NCBI GenBank assembly: GCA_963717135.1
Contig: CAVQVN010000006.1
Span: 75,995-139,994 of the forward strand
Direction: 5' to 3'
DNA from: an uncultured Actinomycetota bacterium
GTDB lineage: Bacteria > Actinomycetota > Acidimicrobiia > Spongiisociales > UBA4744
DNA: 64,000 nucleotides
Shown here: piece after piece, positions 1 through 9,577 of the stretch
Position numbering within the stretch: position 1 is the first letter of the stretch
Layout: the number at the start of each line of letters is the position of its first letter
Notes under the pieces: generated by a model
Told to the model about the DNA's origin: nothing
The model's input: only the letters and a program-made list of their open reading frames with translations
The model's database searches: none
Translations under genes and position numbers: made by a program

Positions 1-455
1 TCGAGGTAGTCGAAGTTTTTGCGCATCTCGGGAACCAGCCGGTTTTCCCACCAGTCCGCAAAGTTCTCTCCGTAGGTAGGCAGGACTGCTCCCAGATAGG
101 CACCTATCTTCGAGGCATAATCCGGGTCGTCTTTCGGGACCCGCGGGTAGTAGACGTTCCCGTATTCCATCGCCTTGATGTCGAAGTCCGGGTCGGCCGG
201 CACGGCGGCCGTGTACAGGTAGCCGTTGACGTTCTTGGCGATCCAGTCGGCGGCGAAGGGCGTCCCGAACCGGCGGAACATGTGGTCACACGTCAACCAC
301 CAGCCCCCGATATCGAAGTACATCGGCGACAGGGGCTGGGGGCAGTGCAGGTCGTCGTAGACCCAGAAGAGACCCTTCTCCCCTTCGGATTCCCAATCGA
401 TTGGGAAATCCTCGTCCCCCAGGAATTGCTTGACAATTTTGCTTTCATCGGCCAT
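1..455 (-). CDS. hypothetical protein, N-terminal 151 codons (3' end lies beyond window start); downstream partner of the UPF0261 gene
   Basis: Open frame running off the window edge (not in ORF track because no stop in window). ATG at 455..453 preceded by aaaaGGAGAGcgctac RBS. N-terminus MADESKIVKQFLGDEDFPIDWESEGEKGLFWVYDD is Trp/aromatic-rich. 39-nt gap after UPF0261 stop suggests co-transcription. Function not recognised. Confidence 0.55.
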   Translation of the reverse strand, partial: MADESKIVKQFLGDEDFPIDWESEGEKGLFWVYDDLHCPQPLSPMYFDIGGWWLTCDHMFRRFGTPFAADWIAKNVNGYLYTAAVPADPDFDIKAMEYGNVYYPRVPKDDPDYASKIGAYLGAVLPTYGENFADWWENRLVPEMRKNFDYL

Positions 456-494
456 GTAGCGCTCTCCTTTTTCGGTGACTCAGCTTGCCGCTTA

Positions 495-1799
495 TCAATC
501 CCGGGTCGACCCGGCGACCAGCGCATCTCTTCCTGCCTCGCCCTCCTCTCCGCTCTTCGGCCGACGCCGGCTCTGTGTCCATGTCTGATAGTGCTCGTCC
601 AGCTTTCTAGCCATTGCCAGCCCAAATTCCGGATCATTGATGTCGGTGTCCATTTCGATGACTTCTACTTCAGGATCGAGATTTGCCCGCAGGGTCGAAA
701 ACAGTGCTTCATCAGCCTCGGGGTCATTAAACACCTGCCCGGGAGCGGAATACTGCGTCGTCCCGCGCAGCGGAATGAAGACGGTCAGCGGGCCCGTTGC
801 TCGATTCAGCTTCTCAGCCACGAGCCGACCGAATAAGGCGTTTTCCTCGACAGTGGTGCGGATCGTGGTCACGGTGGGGTTATGCGCATAACTGGCCCGG
901 TTCGCATACTTGGCCGGTATCGATTCAGGTGGGGAGAAGGCGATCTGGTCGGCGCCACCCAGTGACACAACCTGCGGCAAACCCATTTCTCCTGCCGCTT
1001 CGAGCCGATCGGGGCCGGCCGACATGGTCCCACCGGCCAGTTCGTCTATGAGTTCGGTGGTCGTGACGTCGAGCGAAGCCGTAATGTGACCGCTCCTCAT
1101 CAACGCTTCCATCGAGCGGCCGCCGGCTCCTGTGGCGTGAAAGACCAGTACTTCGTAGCCGGCGGATTCCAACCATTTGCGGGCTTGATCAACGCAAGGA
1201 GTGGTCGTGCCCCACATCGTGGCGCCTACCAAAGGCTTTTCGTCAACGGCCGGCGAGAATCGTTCGTAGTTGTGCGCCATCCCGGCAGCCGCGGCGGCCG
1301 CGTTGCTCAGGATCTGCGACGAGACGGTGTTGATTCCGGCGATGTCTACCACCGAGTACATCATGGCGATATCGACCGCGCCCATGTACGGTCGAACATC
1401 GCCGGAAGCCATGGTCGAGACCAGAACCTTGGGAACGCCGACCGGCAGCGCCTGCATGGCGTGGCTGATGATCGACGATCCGCCCGAACCACCGGCCCCG
1501 ATAATGCCGTGCAAACGCCCCTCGACGTGAAGCTCTGCAACGATGGCGGCTGCGCCGCGCGCCATTGTGGTCACCGCAGCACCCCGGTCTTGACTGCGTT
1601 CCATGTCGTCGAGGTCGGCTCCGGCGGCCCGGGCGACGGCTTCCCGATCGAAGTCCACCACATAGTCGGGGTCCCCCAGCACCCCGGCGTTCACCACGAT
1701 GACCTCACAGCCGGCTTCCTCGAGCCTGTCCCGGAGAAAGGCATGCTCGCCACCTTTGGTGTCGAGCGTCCCCAGAAGCACAACAGTTGCCATAATCAA
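495..1799 (-). CDS. UPF0261 family protein (Tm-1-like N-terminal ATP-binding domain family)
   Basis: 434-aa ORF. Gly-rich motifs GIIGAGGSGGSSI, HATGAGG and overall similarity to the bacterial UPF0261/Tm-1 N-domain family. The usual bacterial partner is a PEP-hydrolase-like TIM-barrel gene downstream; identity of the downstream partial gene here not confirmed. Confidence 0.8.
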   Translation of the reverse strand: MIMATVVLLGTLDTKGGEHAFLRDRLEEAGCEVIVVNAGVLGDPDYVVDFDREAVARAAGADLDDMERSQDRGAAVTTMARGAAAIVAELHVEGRLHGIIGAGGSGGSSIISHAMQALPVGVPKVLVSTMASGDVRPYMGAVDIAMMYSVVDIAGINTVSSQILSNAAAAAAGMAHNYERFSPAVDEKPLVGATMWGTTTPCVDQARKWLESAGYEVLVFHATGAGGRSMEALMRSGHITASLDVTTTELIDELAGGTMSAGPDRLEAAGEMGLPQVVSLGGADQIAFSPPESIPAKYANRASYAHNPTVTTIRTTVEENALFGRLVAEKLNRATGPLTVFIPLRGTTQYSAPGQVFNDPEADEALFSTLRANLDPEVEVIEMDTDINDPEFGLAMARKLDEHYQTWTQSRRRPKSGEEGEAGRDALVAGSTRD

Positions 1800-2122
1800 G
1801 AGACCGTCGGCGGAGCGTTGTGGGGAATCGAGGTCAGGGTCGTGAGCAATCCACCTCCCGAGAGGGTCGGCACAAACGAGGACCGAACGTGCACTTCGGT
1901 ACCAAATCCTCTATCTTCGATAATCGATTATAGGAGAATAAGAATCTCCATGTGGTTCCGTCAATCTGAGCGTGAAACGAGAACGGTTTTGGGTCGTTTT
2001 GGGCAGCCCGACTCACTCGCTCGATCACTCCGGCCCGGGTGGCCTACCCAACCCTCCCGTGCCTGTGGTGCACACTTAGCCACGGATTTGTTACTCACTC
2101 GTTGATGACAGGAGACACCAGC

Positions 2123-3121
2123 ATGCAGCACGCGGGCCCGGCCCTCGACGAAAGTACTCGCCTCGGGCTTTACTCCGCCATGGTCCGGGCCCGGTTCTTC
2201 GAAAAGCGCGCCTACGACCTCTTCTTGCAGGGTCTGCTGAAGGGAACGACCCATCTCGGCCTCGGCCAGGAAGCCGTTGCCGCCGGGTTCGCCGGAGCCA
2301 TGCGGACCGGCGACATGACCTTCTGCACCTATCGGGGACACAATCACACGCTGTTGCGCGGTGCGCCGATGGGGGCGCTGATGGGCGAATTGCTGGGCCG
2401 GGAGAACGGGATCTGCGGAGGCAAGGGCGGATCCATGCATCTTACGGATGTGACCAAGGGGGCGATGGGCTCCTACGCCATCGTCGGCGCTCACCTTCCG
2501 GTGGCGGCCGGAGCGGCCTGGGCCGCTCAGCTACGTGGTACCGGCCAGGTGTCGGTGTGTTTCTTTGGTGATGGCACCACCAACATCGGTGCCTTCCACG
2601 AATCGGTCAACATTGCCGCAGTGTGGAACCTACCGGTCGTGTTCGTGTGCGAGAACAACCTCTACATGGAGTACACGCCGATCAGCGAAGTGACCGCCGT
2701 GGAGCACCCGGCTGCCGACCGAGCATCGGCCTACGGACTCGACGGCATCATCGTTGACGGCAACGACGTTGAGGCGGTGTTCGAAGTGGCGGTAACGGCG
2801 CTGGCCCGGGCCCGGCAGGGCGAAGGCCCGTCGCTGATCGAGGCGAAGACCTATCGTCACGGTGGTCATTCCCGGGCCGATCCGGGCAAGTATCGGCCAG
2901 ACGAGGAGGTAGCGGTCTGGATGGCCCGCGACCCGATAATCCTCTACCGGACCAGGTTGGAGGAACTCGGAATCGACCCGGCTGAGTTGGATCGCATCGA
3001 GTTGGCGGCGACCGCCGAAGTGGACCAAGCGACGGACGTGACCAAGGCAACCCCCACTCCCCCGCTCGACACCCTCGAAACCAACCTATGGGCAGATGGG
3101 GGGTCGGCATGGCGGAACTGA
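2123..3121 (+). CDS. thiamine-diphosphate-dependent 2-oxoacid (pyruvate/acetoin) dehydrogenase E1 component alpha subunit
   Basis: ORF 2039..3121. Motifs GDGTTNIGAFHESVNIA...VCENNLYMEYT (TPP-binding GDG...NN), YRxxGHS. Start chosen at ATG 2123 with GGAGA 7 nt upstream. Stop overlaps beta subunit start. Confidence 0.9.
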   Translation: MQHAGPALDESTRLGLYSAMVRARFFEKRAYDLFLQGLLKGTTHLGLGQEAVAAGFAGAMRTGDMTFCTYRGHNHTLLRGAPMGALMGELLGRENGICGGKGGSMHLTDVTKGAMGSYAIVGAHLPVAAGAAWAAQLRGTGQVSVCFFGDGTTNIGAFHESVNIAAVWNLPVVFVCENNLYMEYTPISEVTAVEHPAADRASAYGLDGIIVDGNDVEAVFEVAVTALARARQGEGPSLIEAKTYRHGGHSRADPGKYRPDEEVAVWMARDPIILYRTRLEELGIDPAELDRIELAATAEVDQATDVTKATPTPPLDTLETNLWADGGSAWRN

Positions 3122-4083
3122 GCTATCGGGAAGCCGTCGCCCGGGGGATCGCCCAGGAGATGAACCGCGATCCGTCGGTGGTATTGATCGGTGAGGATGT
3201 CGCCCGGGCGGGAGGTGTCTTCAAGACCACTGCGGGACTCTATGAACAGTTCGGCAGGGAGCGGGTGCGGGACACTCCCATCTCCGAAGAGGCCATCACC
3301 GGCATGATCATGGGAGCGGCCATGAACGGCCTGCGGCCTATCGGAGAGCTGATGTTCAGCGACTTCCTGGCTACCTGTTGGGACATCGTGGCCAATCAGA
3401 TCGCCAAGACCCGCTACATGACCGACGGGCAAATCTCTTTGCCCCTGGTCATCAGGACCGCCAACGGCGGCGGCGCCCGCTTCGGCGGTCAACACTCCCA
3501 GAGCCTCGAGAACTGGGCCATGGCGGTGCCCGGCCTCAAGGTGGTCGCCCCCAGTAATCCGGCCGATGTCATTGGACTGCTGGCCGCGTCGATTCGCGAT
3601 CCTGACCCCGTCGTCTTCTTTGAGCACAAGGCCCTCTTCGCAATCAAGGGAGAGGTTCCCGACGGTGAACACGTCGACGAACTGGGCACGGCGCGGGTGC
3701 TGCGAGATGGATCTGACGTCACGATTGTCGCTCTGGCGGCGATGGTCCCCAAAGCAGTGGAGGCAGCCGCCCTGCTGGCCGAAGACGGCATCGCCGCCGA
3801 GGTTATCGATCTCCGTTCGCTGGTCCCCCTCGACACGGCCGCCCTCTTCGCCTCGGTGACGAAGACTTCCCGTCTGGTCACGGTAGAGGAGAACCCCCGG
3901 TTGGTGGGGTGGGGAGCCGAAATCGCTTCGCTGGTGGCCGAGGAATTGTTCTGGAATCTGGATGGGCCCATCGTGCGGATCACCACGCCCCACATCCCGC
4001 TTCCGGCGGCCGACGAACTCGAAGATCTAGCGATTCCGTCGGTCCCCCGGATAGTCGACACGATCCGACGCACACTGGCCTGA
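3109..4083 (+). CDS. 2-oxoacid dehydrogenase E1 component beta subunit (transketolase-like)
   Basis: ORF 3088..4083. Start at ATG 3109 (MAELSYREA...) overlapping alpha stop by 13 nt. Typical E1-beta motifs GEDVARAGGVFKTT, FEHKALF. No E2/E3 genes follow. Confidence 0.9.
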   Translation: MAELSYREAVARGIAQEMNRDPSVVLIGEDVARAGGVFKTTAGLYEQFGRERVRDTPISEEAITGMIMGAAMNGLRPIGELMFSDFLATCWDIVANQIAKTRYMTDGQISLPLVIRTANGGGARFGGQHSQSLENWAMAVPGLKVVAPSNPADVIGLLAASIRDPDPVVFFEHKALFAIKGEVPDGEHVDELGTARVLRDGSDVTIVALAAMVPKAVEAAALLAEDGIAAEVIDLRSLVPLDTAALFASVTKTSRLVTVEENPRLVGWGAEIASLVAEELFWNLDGPIVRITTPHIPLPAADELEDLAIPSVPRIVDTIRRTLA

Positions 4084-4132
4084 CGAAAGAAAGTCGCCAG
4101 TCACGAGCCACGAGTCGCAGTCGCGAGAAACC

Positions 4133-4160
4133 AGCCATCAGCCATCAGCCATCAGCCATC
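4133..4160. repeat. perfect tandem heptamer (AGCCATC)x4 in the convergent 3' intergenic region
   Basis: Read directly: agccatc agccatc agccatc agccatc. Preceded by degenerate cacgag/gtcgc repeats 4095-4132. Lies between E1-beta stop (4083) and mmsA stop (4270). Confidence 0.85.
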
Positions 4161-4269
4161 AAGGGCCTAGCAGAACACGGGCCTCGACTCGCGACCATCT
4201 CCGCCCCGTCAACCTTGGGCAGGCTGTCGTTGCGGGACGACGTACGAAGTAGTCAGCACAAAGTGCTGA

Positions 4270-5784
4270 CTACTTCCTCGAAATGGTCCCCTCCCAGGTT
4301 CCGACCTTCTCGCCCTTGAGGGCCTCTTCGTCGAACCAGTAGCTGGTGACGGCCTTAGTCTCCGTATAGAACCTCACGCCGTCGCTGCCCATCACATGCA
4401 GATCGCCGAAGAAGCTGTTCTTGTGGCCGCTGAACGGGAAGACCGAGATCGGCACCGGAATGCCGACATTCACGCCGACCATACCGGCATCGATCCGCCG
4501 GGCGAACTCGCGGGCGTAGTGTCCGCTCTGCGTGAAGATGGTTGCTCCATTGGCGAATTCGCTGGCGTTGATCAGTTCGACGCCTTCATCGAAGTTGGCA
4601 ACCCGCTTCACGTACAAGACCGGCCCAAAGACCTCCTCACGCCCGCAGGACATGTCTTCGGTCACGTGATCGAACACCGTCGGGCCTACGTAGTAGCCGC
4701 CCTCGTGATCCGGGACTACAACGTCCCGGCCGTCCAAAACCAGCTCGGCACCTTCACCGACCGACTTGTCGATCCAATTCAACACGAAGTCTTTGTGGCC
4801 GGCGTTGACGAGGGGTCCCAGCTCCGTCGATTCCTCATAGGCTGGTCCGATCTTGCGTTCCTTGGCCAGCTCGGTGATGGCGGCGACTAGTTCGTCGGCA
4901 ATGGACTCTTCGACGGCAATCGCCGGGAGCGCCATGCAGCGTTCCCCGGCACATCCGAAGGCCGAGTTGATCACCCGCTGGGCGGTCGCCCGGATGGGGG
5001 CGTCGCGCAAGACGAGGGCATGGTTCTTCGCTTCGGTGAGTGCTTGCACCCGCTTGCCGTGGGCGGCCGCGGTTGCGTAGATGTGACGGCCGACCTCGGT
5101 CGAACCGACGAAGCTGATCCCCCGCACCTTGGGATGGGTCAGCAACCGTTCGGCCTCGTGCCGCGAGCACGTCACCACGTTCAGAACCCCGGGCGGCATG
5201 CCCGCCTCCTCAGCCAACTCCGCCACCCGAAAGGCCGTCTGTGGGACAAATGAGGCGGCTTTCAAAACGAAGGTATTGCCGGTCGTAACGGCAAGAGGCA
5301 TCATCCAGCCCATCGGGATCATGGCCGGGAAGTTCCAGGGAGCGATGCCGACAAATACTCCCAGCGGCTCGCGGAACGTGACGGTGTCGTAGCCGGTAGC
5401 CACGTTCATCAGCGAATCACCCATCATTGTGACCGGTAGCGCACAAGCCAGCTCGACGACCTCGATCGCCTTGAGCACGTCCCCACGAGCCTCGGTGTAG
5501 CTCTTGCCCATTTCGGTCGACAAGAGCACCGAAAGGTCATGGAGGTTTGCTTCCAGGCGTTCTTTCAGCCGGAACATCACCTGGACCCGCTCGGTGATCG
5601 GCGTGTCCCTCCAGGCCGGGTAGGCGGAGGCCGCCGCCTCGACCGCGGCGTCGACCTCATCGGCGGTACAACGGGGCGCTTCCGCCATCACCTCACCCGT
5701 GCTGCTGTTGGTTATCTCGTAGTACTCGCCGCTGGTCGTGTCGCGCCACTCGCCACCAACCAGGAACTTCAAACGCTCCGCCAT
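4270..5784 (-). CDS. mmsA: methylmalonate-semialdehyde dehydrogenase (CoA-acylating), aldehyde dehydrogenase superfamily
   Basis: ORF 4270..5805. ALDH motifs (FTGSTEVGR-like FVGSTEVGRHI, catalytic Cys in ...RCMALP...), MMSDH-type C-terminus. Start set at ATG 5784 preceded by GAGGAGGACGGAG. Confidence 0.88.
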   Translation of the reverse strand: MAERLKFLVGGEWRDTTSGEYYEITNSSTGEVMAEAPRCTADEVDAAVEAAASAYPAWRDTPITERVQVMFRLKERLEANLHDLSVLLSTEMGKSYTEARGDVLKAIEVVELACALPVTMMGDSLMNVATGYDTVTFREPLGVFVGIAPWNFPAMIPMGWMMPLAVTTGNTFVLKAASFVPQTAFRVAELAEEAGMPPGVLNVVTCSRHEAERLLTHPKVRGISFVGSTEVGRHIYATAAAHGKRVQALTEAKNHALVLRDAPIRATAQRVINSAFGCAGERCMALPAIAVEESIADELVAAITELAKERKIGPAYEESTELGPLVNAGHKDFVLNWIDKSVGEGAELVLDGRDVVVPDHEGGYYVGPTVFDHVTEDMSCGREEVFGPVLYVKRVANFDEGVELINASEFANGATIFTQSGHYAREFARRIDAGMVGVNVGIPVPISVFPFSGHKNSFFGDLHVMGSDGVRFYTETKAVTSYWFDEEALKGEKVGTWEGTISRK

Positions 5785-6217
5785 CTCCGTCCTCCTCAAT
5801 GACAATGAGCTACGTATCTTCGTTTCTCGCTTGCGCCGAACCTTACAACCGAAAGCGCCCGGAAAAGCCCTTCACGATCAAGATGAGGTCCGCGCCACCA
5901 CTGCCTGATCTATCTTTTCGCTCTTCACCTGGTCCACCGGATTGGTTTGACTTGGGTAGTGTCGAGTCCGTAATGTCCAAGTAATCGATTATCGAGGATA
6001 CAAGATTCAGGACTGTTTGGGTGCTGAACTCTTCTCGCCGATCGACAGGATCATGACCGGGAGGGTGTGTGGATAGGGTCTCAATCCCAACGCACGGCGG
6101 GGCCTTCCTCGTCGCCTCACTCTCCACAACCGGCGTACGCAATCCTTACTCCCCTCCCCAGCCTTTCCGTCCTGATCTTTCTACCTCTCAGTCGCCAGCA
6201 CGACAGGCCGGATCCCG

Positions 6218-7090
6218 ATGGACTTCATAGCCAAGTCCCTCGTCATCGGTTTGACCGAGCACGCTCCCCTAGTCCTGGCCGCGATGGGGTTTGCATTGCT
6301 CTACCGCCTCACCGGCCTCATCAACGTGGCCTACTCAGAGACAATCACCCTCGGCGCCTATTTCGGAATGTGGGTCAACACGACTTTTGATCTGAGCTTC
6401 TACGAAGTCTTGTTGCCTGCCGGGATCATGGCCGGGCTGGTCAGCGTCGCCACCTATTTCGCCATCTTCCGGCCGGCCAAGATACGCAACGTGGGCGTCC
6501 TGGAGATGATCATCATCTCGTTGGGGCTCTCGGTCTTCCTCCGGCACGGCCTCCAGTTTGTCTTCGGCTACCCGGTCCGCTTCTTTGACGTTCCACCTCC
6601 GGAATCGCTCCGGGTGCTCGGAGTCGGAGTTTCATCGTTCCGACTGCTCGCTCTCGGCAGCGTTCTGGTGCTTGCATTGCTGCTGTACTGGTTCATCCAA
6701 AAGTCGAGTTACGGATTGCAGATCCGGGCCCTGGCCAGCGATGAGAATCTCGCCCAGGTGAGCGGGATCCGGCCGCTGTTTGTCACCGTCCTGATCTGGT
6801 TCATCGCCGGGGTCGCCGGTGGACTGGCCGGAGCGTTCTACGGAGTCGGGTCGGCGGTGGCGCCACTGCTGGGATGGAGACAATTCCTCCTCATCTTCCT
6901 TGTCACTCTGGTCGGCGGACGCAAAAACATCGGAGGCGTCATCATCGCCGGTCTGGTAACCGGAATCGCCCTGGCCGCCATGAGCCTCCAATTCGGCCAG
7001 GTGCTGTACGCCCAACTCGCCTTGATAGTCGCCTTCATCGCCATCCTCAAGGCGCGCGGCCGGCGGATAACCGAAACGGAAAAGGTGTAG
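6218..7090 (+). CDS. livH: branched-chain amino acid ABC transporter permease (LivH-type)
   Basis: 290-aa polytopic membrane ORF with LivH-family pattern, first of a 5-gene transporter operon. Confidence 0.85.
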   Translation: MDFIAKSLVIGLTEHAPLVLAAMGFALLYRLTGLINVAYSETITLGAYFGMWVNTTFDLSFYEVLLPAGIMAGLVSVATYFAIFRPAKIRNVGVLEMIIISLGLSVFLRHGLQFVFGYPVRFFDVPPPESLRVLGVGVSSFRLLALGSVLVLALLLYWFIQKSSYGLQIRALASDENLAQVSGIRPLFVTVLIWFIAGVAGGLAGAFYGVGSAVAPLLGWRQFLLIFLVTLVGGRKNIGGVIIAGLVTGIALAAMSLQFGQVLYAQLALIVAFIAILKARGRRITETEKV

Positions 7091-7094
7091 TGCC

Positions 7095-8045
7095 ATGAGT
7101 CTTGACTGGCTCGACGCTTTCCTGATCTCCGGTCTGTTCTTCGTAGTGATGGTGATTGGACTCGCATTGCTCCTTCACCTGCAACTGGGCCTGGCCCGGA
7201 TCGCCAACTTCGGAGTAGTCGGTTTCTGGGGCATCGGGATGTACTCGTTCGGAGTGCTGTTCGTCAAGGTGGATTGGCCGTTCGGCGATCCCTGGCCGTT
7301 CCTGATCTCGGCGATCTTCGGGGCATTTGTCGCATTCCTGAGTGGTCTTCTGGTCGGCTGGCTCATCGCCGACCTCGACGACGACGGGGTCCTGGGCGGC
7401 ACGCTCGGCTTCGCCACCATCGTCTGGATCCTCGCCACGACCCAACAAGGCCTCACCGGCGGCGCCCTCGGCATGGGTGGCCTCAACTTCCCGTATCAGA
7501 TGGAGACGGTCAAGCAGAAAGAGGCCCTGTGGCTGGTGATACTGGTCGTCGTCGTCGCCGTCATTCTCTACTACGTGCATCGCGTGCACCGCGCCCCCTA
7601 TGGACGCCTCCTGACGGCGATCGGCGACAACGAGCCGCTCGCCCGGAGCCTCGGGAAACGCACGTTCCGCAACAAGCTCTGGCTGTTCGCCCTCGGCTCG
7701 GCCGGGATGGGATTCCTCGGTGCCATGTACGGAGTCATGGAACGTTTTCTCGAGACTTCCAACCTCGGGATCGACATCACCCTGGCCGCCATCGTCGGGT
7801 TGATCGTTGGAGGCACTGCCCGGGTGTGGGGAGCGGTAGTCGGCGTAGTGCTCGCCATCGGCTTCTTCGACATTGTGGTCCAGTTCTATCTGCCCTTCCC
7901 CCGGGAGTGGTACACGCAGGCCATTCCGGTGCTACGCGAAGCGGTATTCGGACTTGTGCTCATCACCGTTCTTCTGTTCCGACCGTTGGGCATCCTCGGC
8001 GACATGCGCCGGGACAAACTGATGCGGAGCATGCACGGTGACTGA
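7095..8045 (+). CDS. livM: branched-chain amino acid ABC transporter permease (LivM-type)
   Basis: 316-aa polytopic membrane ORF, 4-nt gap after livH. Overlaps livG start. Confidence 0.85.
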   Translation: MSLDWLDAFLISGLFFVVMVIGLALLLHLQLGLARIANFGVVGFWGIGMYSFGVLFVKVDWPFGDPWPFLISAIFGAFVAFLSGLLVGWLIADLDDDGVLGGTLGFATIVWILATTQQGLTGGALGMGGLNFPYQMETVKQKEALWLVILVVVVAVILYYVHRVHRAPYGRLLTAIGDNEPLARSLGKRTFRNKLWLFALGSAGMGFLGAMYGVMERFLETSNLGIDITLAAIVGLIVGGTARVWGAVVGVVLAIGFFDIVVQFYLPFPREWYTQAIPVLREAVFGLVLITVLLFRPLGILGDMRRDKLMRSMHGD

Positions 8046-8829
8046 CTTTCAGCAGACCCCCGTGGTAACCCGTCCCCGGATTCGAATTGAGAACGCGTCC
8101 AAGAGTTTCTCGGGACGCGTCGTGGTCGATATTGACGAGTTGGTATTCGGCGACAAACCGATCGAGGGTTTGATCGGGCCCAACGGAGCCGGCAAGACAA
8201 CGTTGATGCGGATGATCATGCATTCGACGCCGCTCGACCGCGGAACCATCACCCTTCTTCAGCCCGACGGAGAGGGGATTGAACTGTCAAGCCTGCGCAC
8301 TCACCGGATGGCTCACCACGGCGTCGTGAAGAGCAATCAAGTGATTATGGACTTCGGGAAACTGACCATATGGGATTCGCTGTTGCTTTCCCTGGCCCGG
8401 CCGGAGTATGAGCGACCCCATAGAATCTTTGCCGAGAAGGACCTGTTCGAAGAAACCGCCGACGCCGCCCGGAAATATCTCGACCTTTTCTCATTTGACA
8501 ACCCCTTTGGTTACGCTCAGTCGGCCGGCGAGAAGAAGCTGCTTGACATCGTTCGATGCTTGCTCCTCAAGCCGAAGTTCTTGCTCCTCGACGAGCCGAC
8601 CGCCGGTTTGCCTGAGGAGCTCACGGAAAAGGTCATGGATGTCGTCCGGGACCTGGCCGCCCACGGAACAGCGATCGTGATAGTCGAGCACGACCTCAAC
8701 GTGATCTGGAGCCTCAGCGATGATGTCCACTTCATGGCGGAAGGCAACGTCATCATGAGAGGCAGCCCGGAAGAGATCCGTGAACACAAGACGGTGGTCG
8801 AGAAGTACCTGGGAGAAGGCCATGTCTGA
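8038..8829 (+). CDS. livG: ABC transporter ATP-binding protein (LivG-type)
   Basis: Walker A GPNGAGKTT, signature SAGEKKLL, Walker B LLLDEP. Confidence 0.88.
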   Translation: MTDFQQTPVVTRPRIRIENASKSFSGRVVVDIDELVFGDKPIEGLIGPNGAGKTTLMRMIMHSTPLDRGTITLLQPDGEGIELSSLRTHRMAHHGVVKSNQVIMDFGKLTIWDSLLLSLARPEYERPHRIFAEKDLFEETADAARKYLDLFSFDNPFGYAQSAGEKKLLDIVRCLLLKPKFLLLDEPTAGLPEELTEKVMDVVRDLAAHGTAIVIVEHDLNVIWSLSDDVHFMAEGNVIMRGSPEEIREHKTVVEKYLGEGHV

Positions 8830-9538
8830 GCCGGTCGATTCCCCGATTCTCGAAGCCCGGTCGATCCGCAGCGGATACCACGGCGTCACCGTCATCAAAG
8901 GCCTCGACTTCGAGGTAGGCAATGAGATCTTCGCCGTTTTGGGAGCCAACGGCGCCGGCAAGACCACCCTGCTAGCAACACTGGCCCGGTTGATCCCGCT
9001 CATGGCGGGTAACATCCGGTTCAGAGGTGAGGACGTGTCAACGCTTCCACCCTTCGAGACTGCTGGTTTGGGCATCGGCTACGTGCCTCAGGAGAAAGGT
9101 GCCTTTCCGGAGCTATCCGTCTTCGAAAACCTCACCATCGGCGGGATGATCGGCGAGCGGTCGGTCGAGGAGCGGATGGATGAGGTCTTCGATCTGTTCC
9201 CCGACCTCAAGGCCCTGCAAGCTCAGCCGGCAGGGACCCTCAGCGGCGGCGAATCGAGAATGGTGGCGGCCGGCCGGGCCCTGATGCAGGATCCAACGTT
9301 GCTACTGCTCGACGAGCCAACCGCCGGGCTTTCACCGCTCTATGTCGACATGTTCTTCGAGAAAGTCACCGAGATCCACGAGACTCGCGGGGTCGGCATC
9401 ATCCTGGCCGAACAGAACGCCACCAAGGCGCTCGAGGTATCCCATCGGGTGATGGTGCTGAGCCTGGGCGAGTCTTTCCTCATCGAGCAAGCGGACAACC
9501 TGACCACCCAACAACTCAAGGAGGGATACCGGATATAA
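8822..9538 (+). CDS. livF: ABC transporter ATP-binding protein (LivF-type)
   Basis: Walker A GANGAGKTTLL, LSGGESRM, LLLDEPTAGL. Start set at ATG 8822 (MSEPVDSP) after GGAGAAGG RBS, overlapping livG end. Confidence 0.88.
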   Translation: MSEPVDSPILEARSIRSGYHGVTVIKGLDFEVGNEIFAVLGANGAGKTTLLATLARLIPLMAGNIRFRGEDVSTLPPFETAGLGIGYVPQEKGAFPELSVFENLTIGGMIGERSVEERMDEVFDLFPDLKALQAQPAGTLSGGESRMVAAGRALMQDPTLLLLDEPTAGLSPLYVDMFFEKVTEIHETRGVGIILAEQNATKALEVSHRVMVLSLGESFLIEQADNLTTQQLKEGYRI

Positions 9539-9577
9539 ATCTGGATCGCTGGCAACCAAGGAGGAGGAATAGCAATC

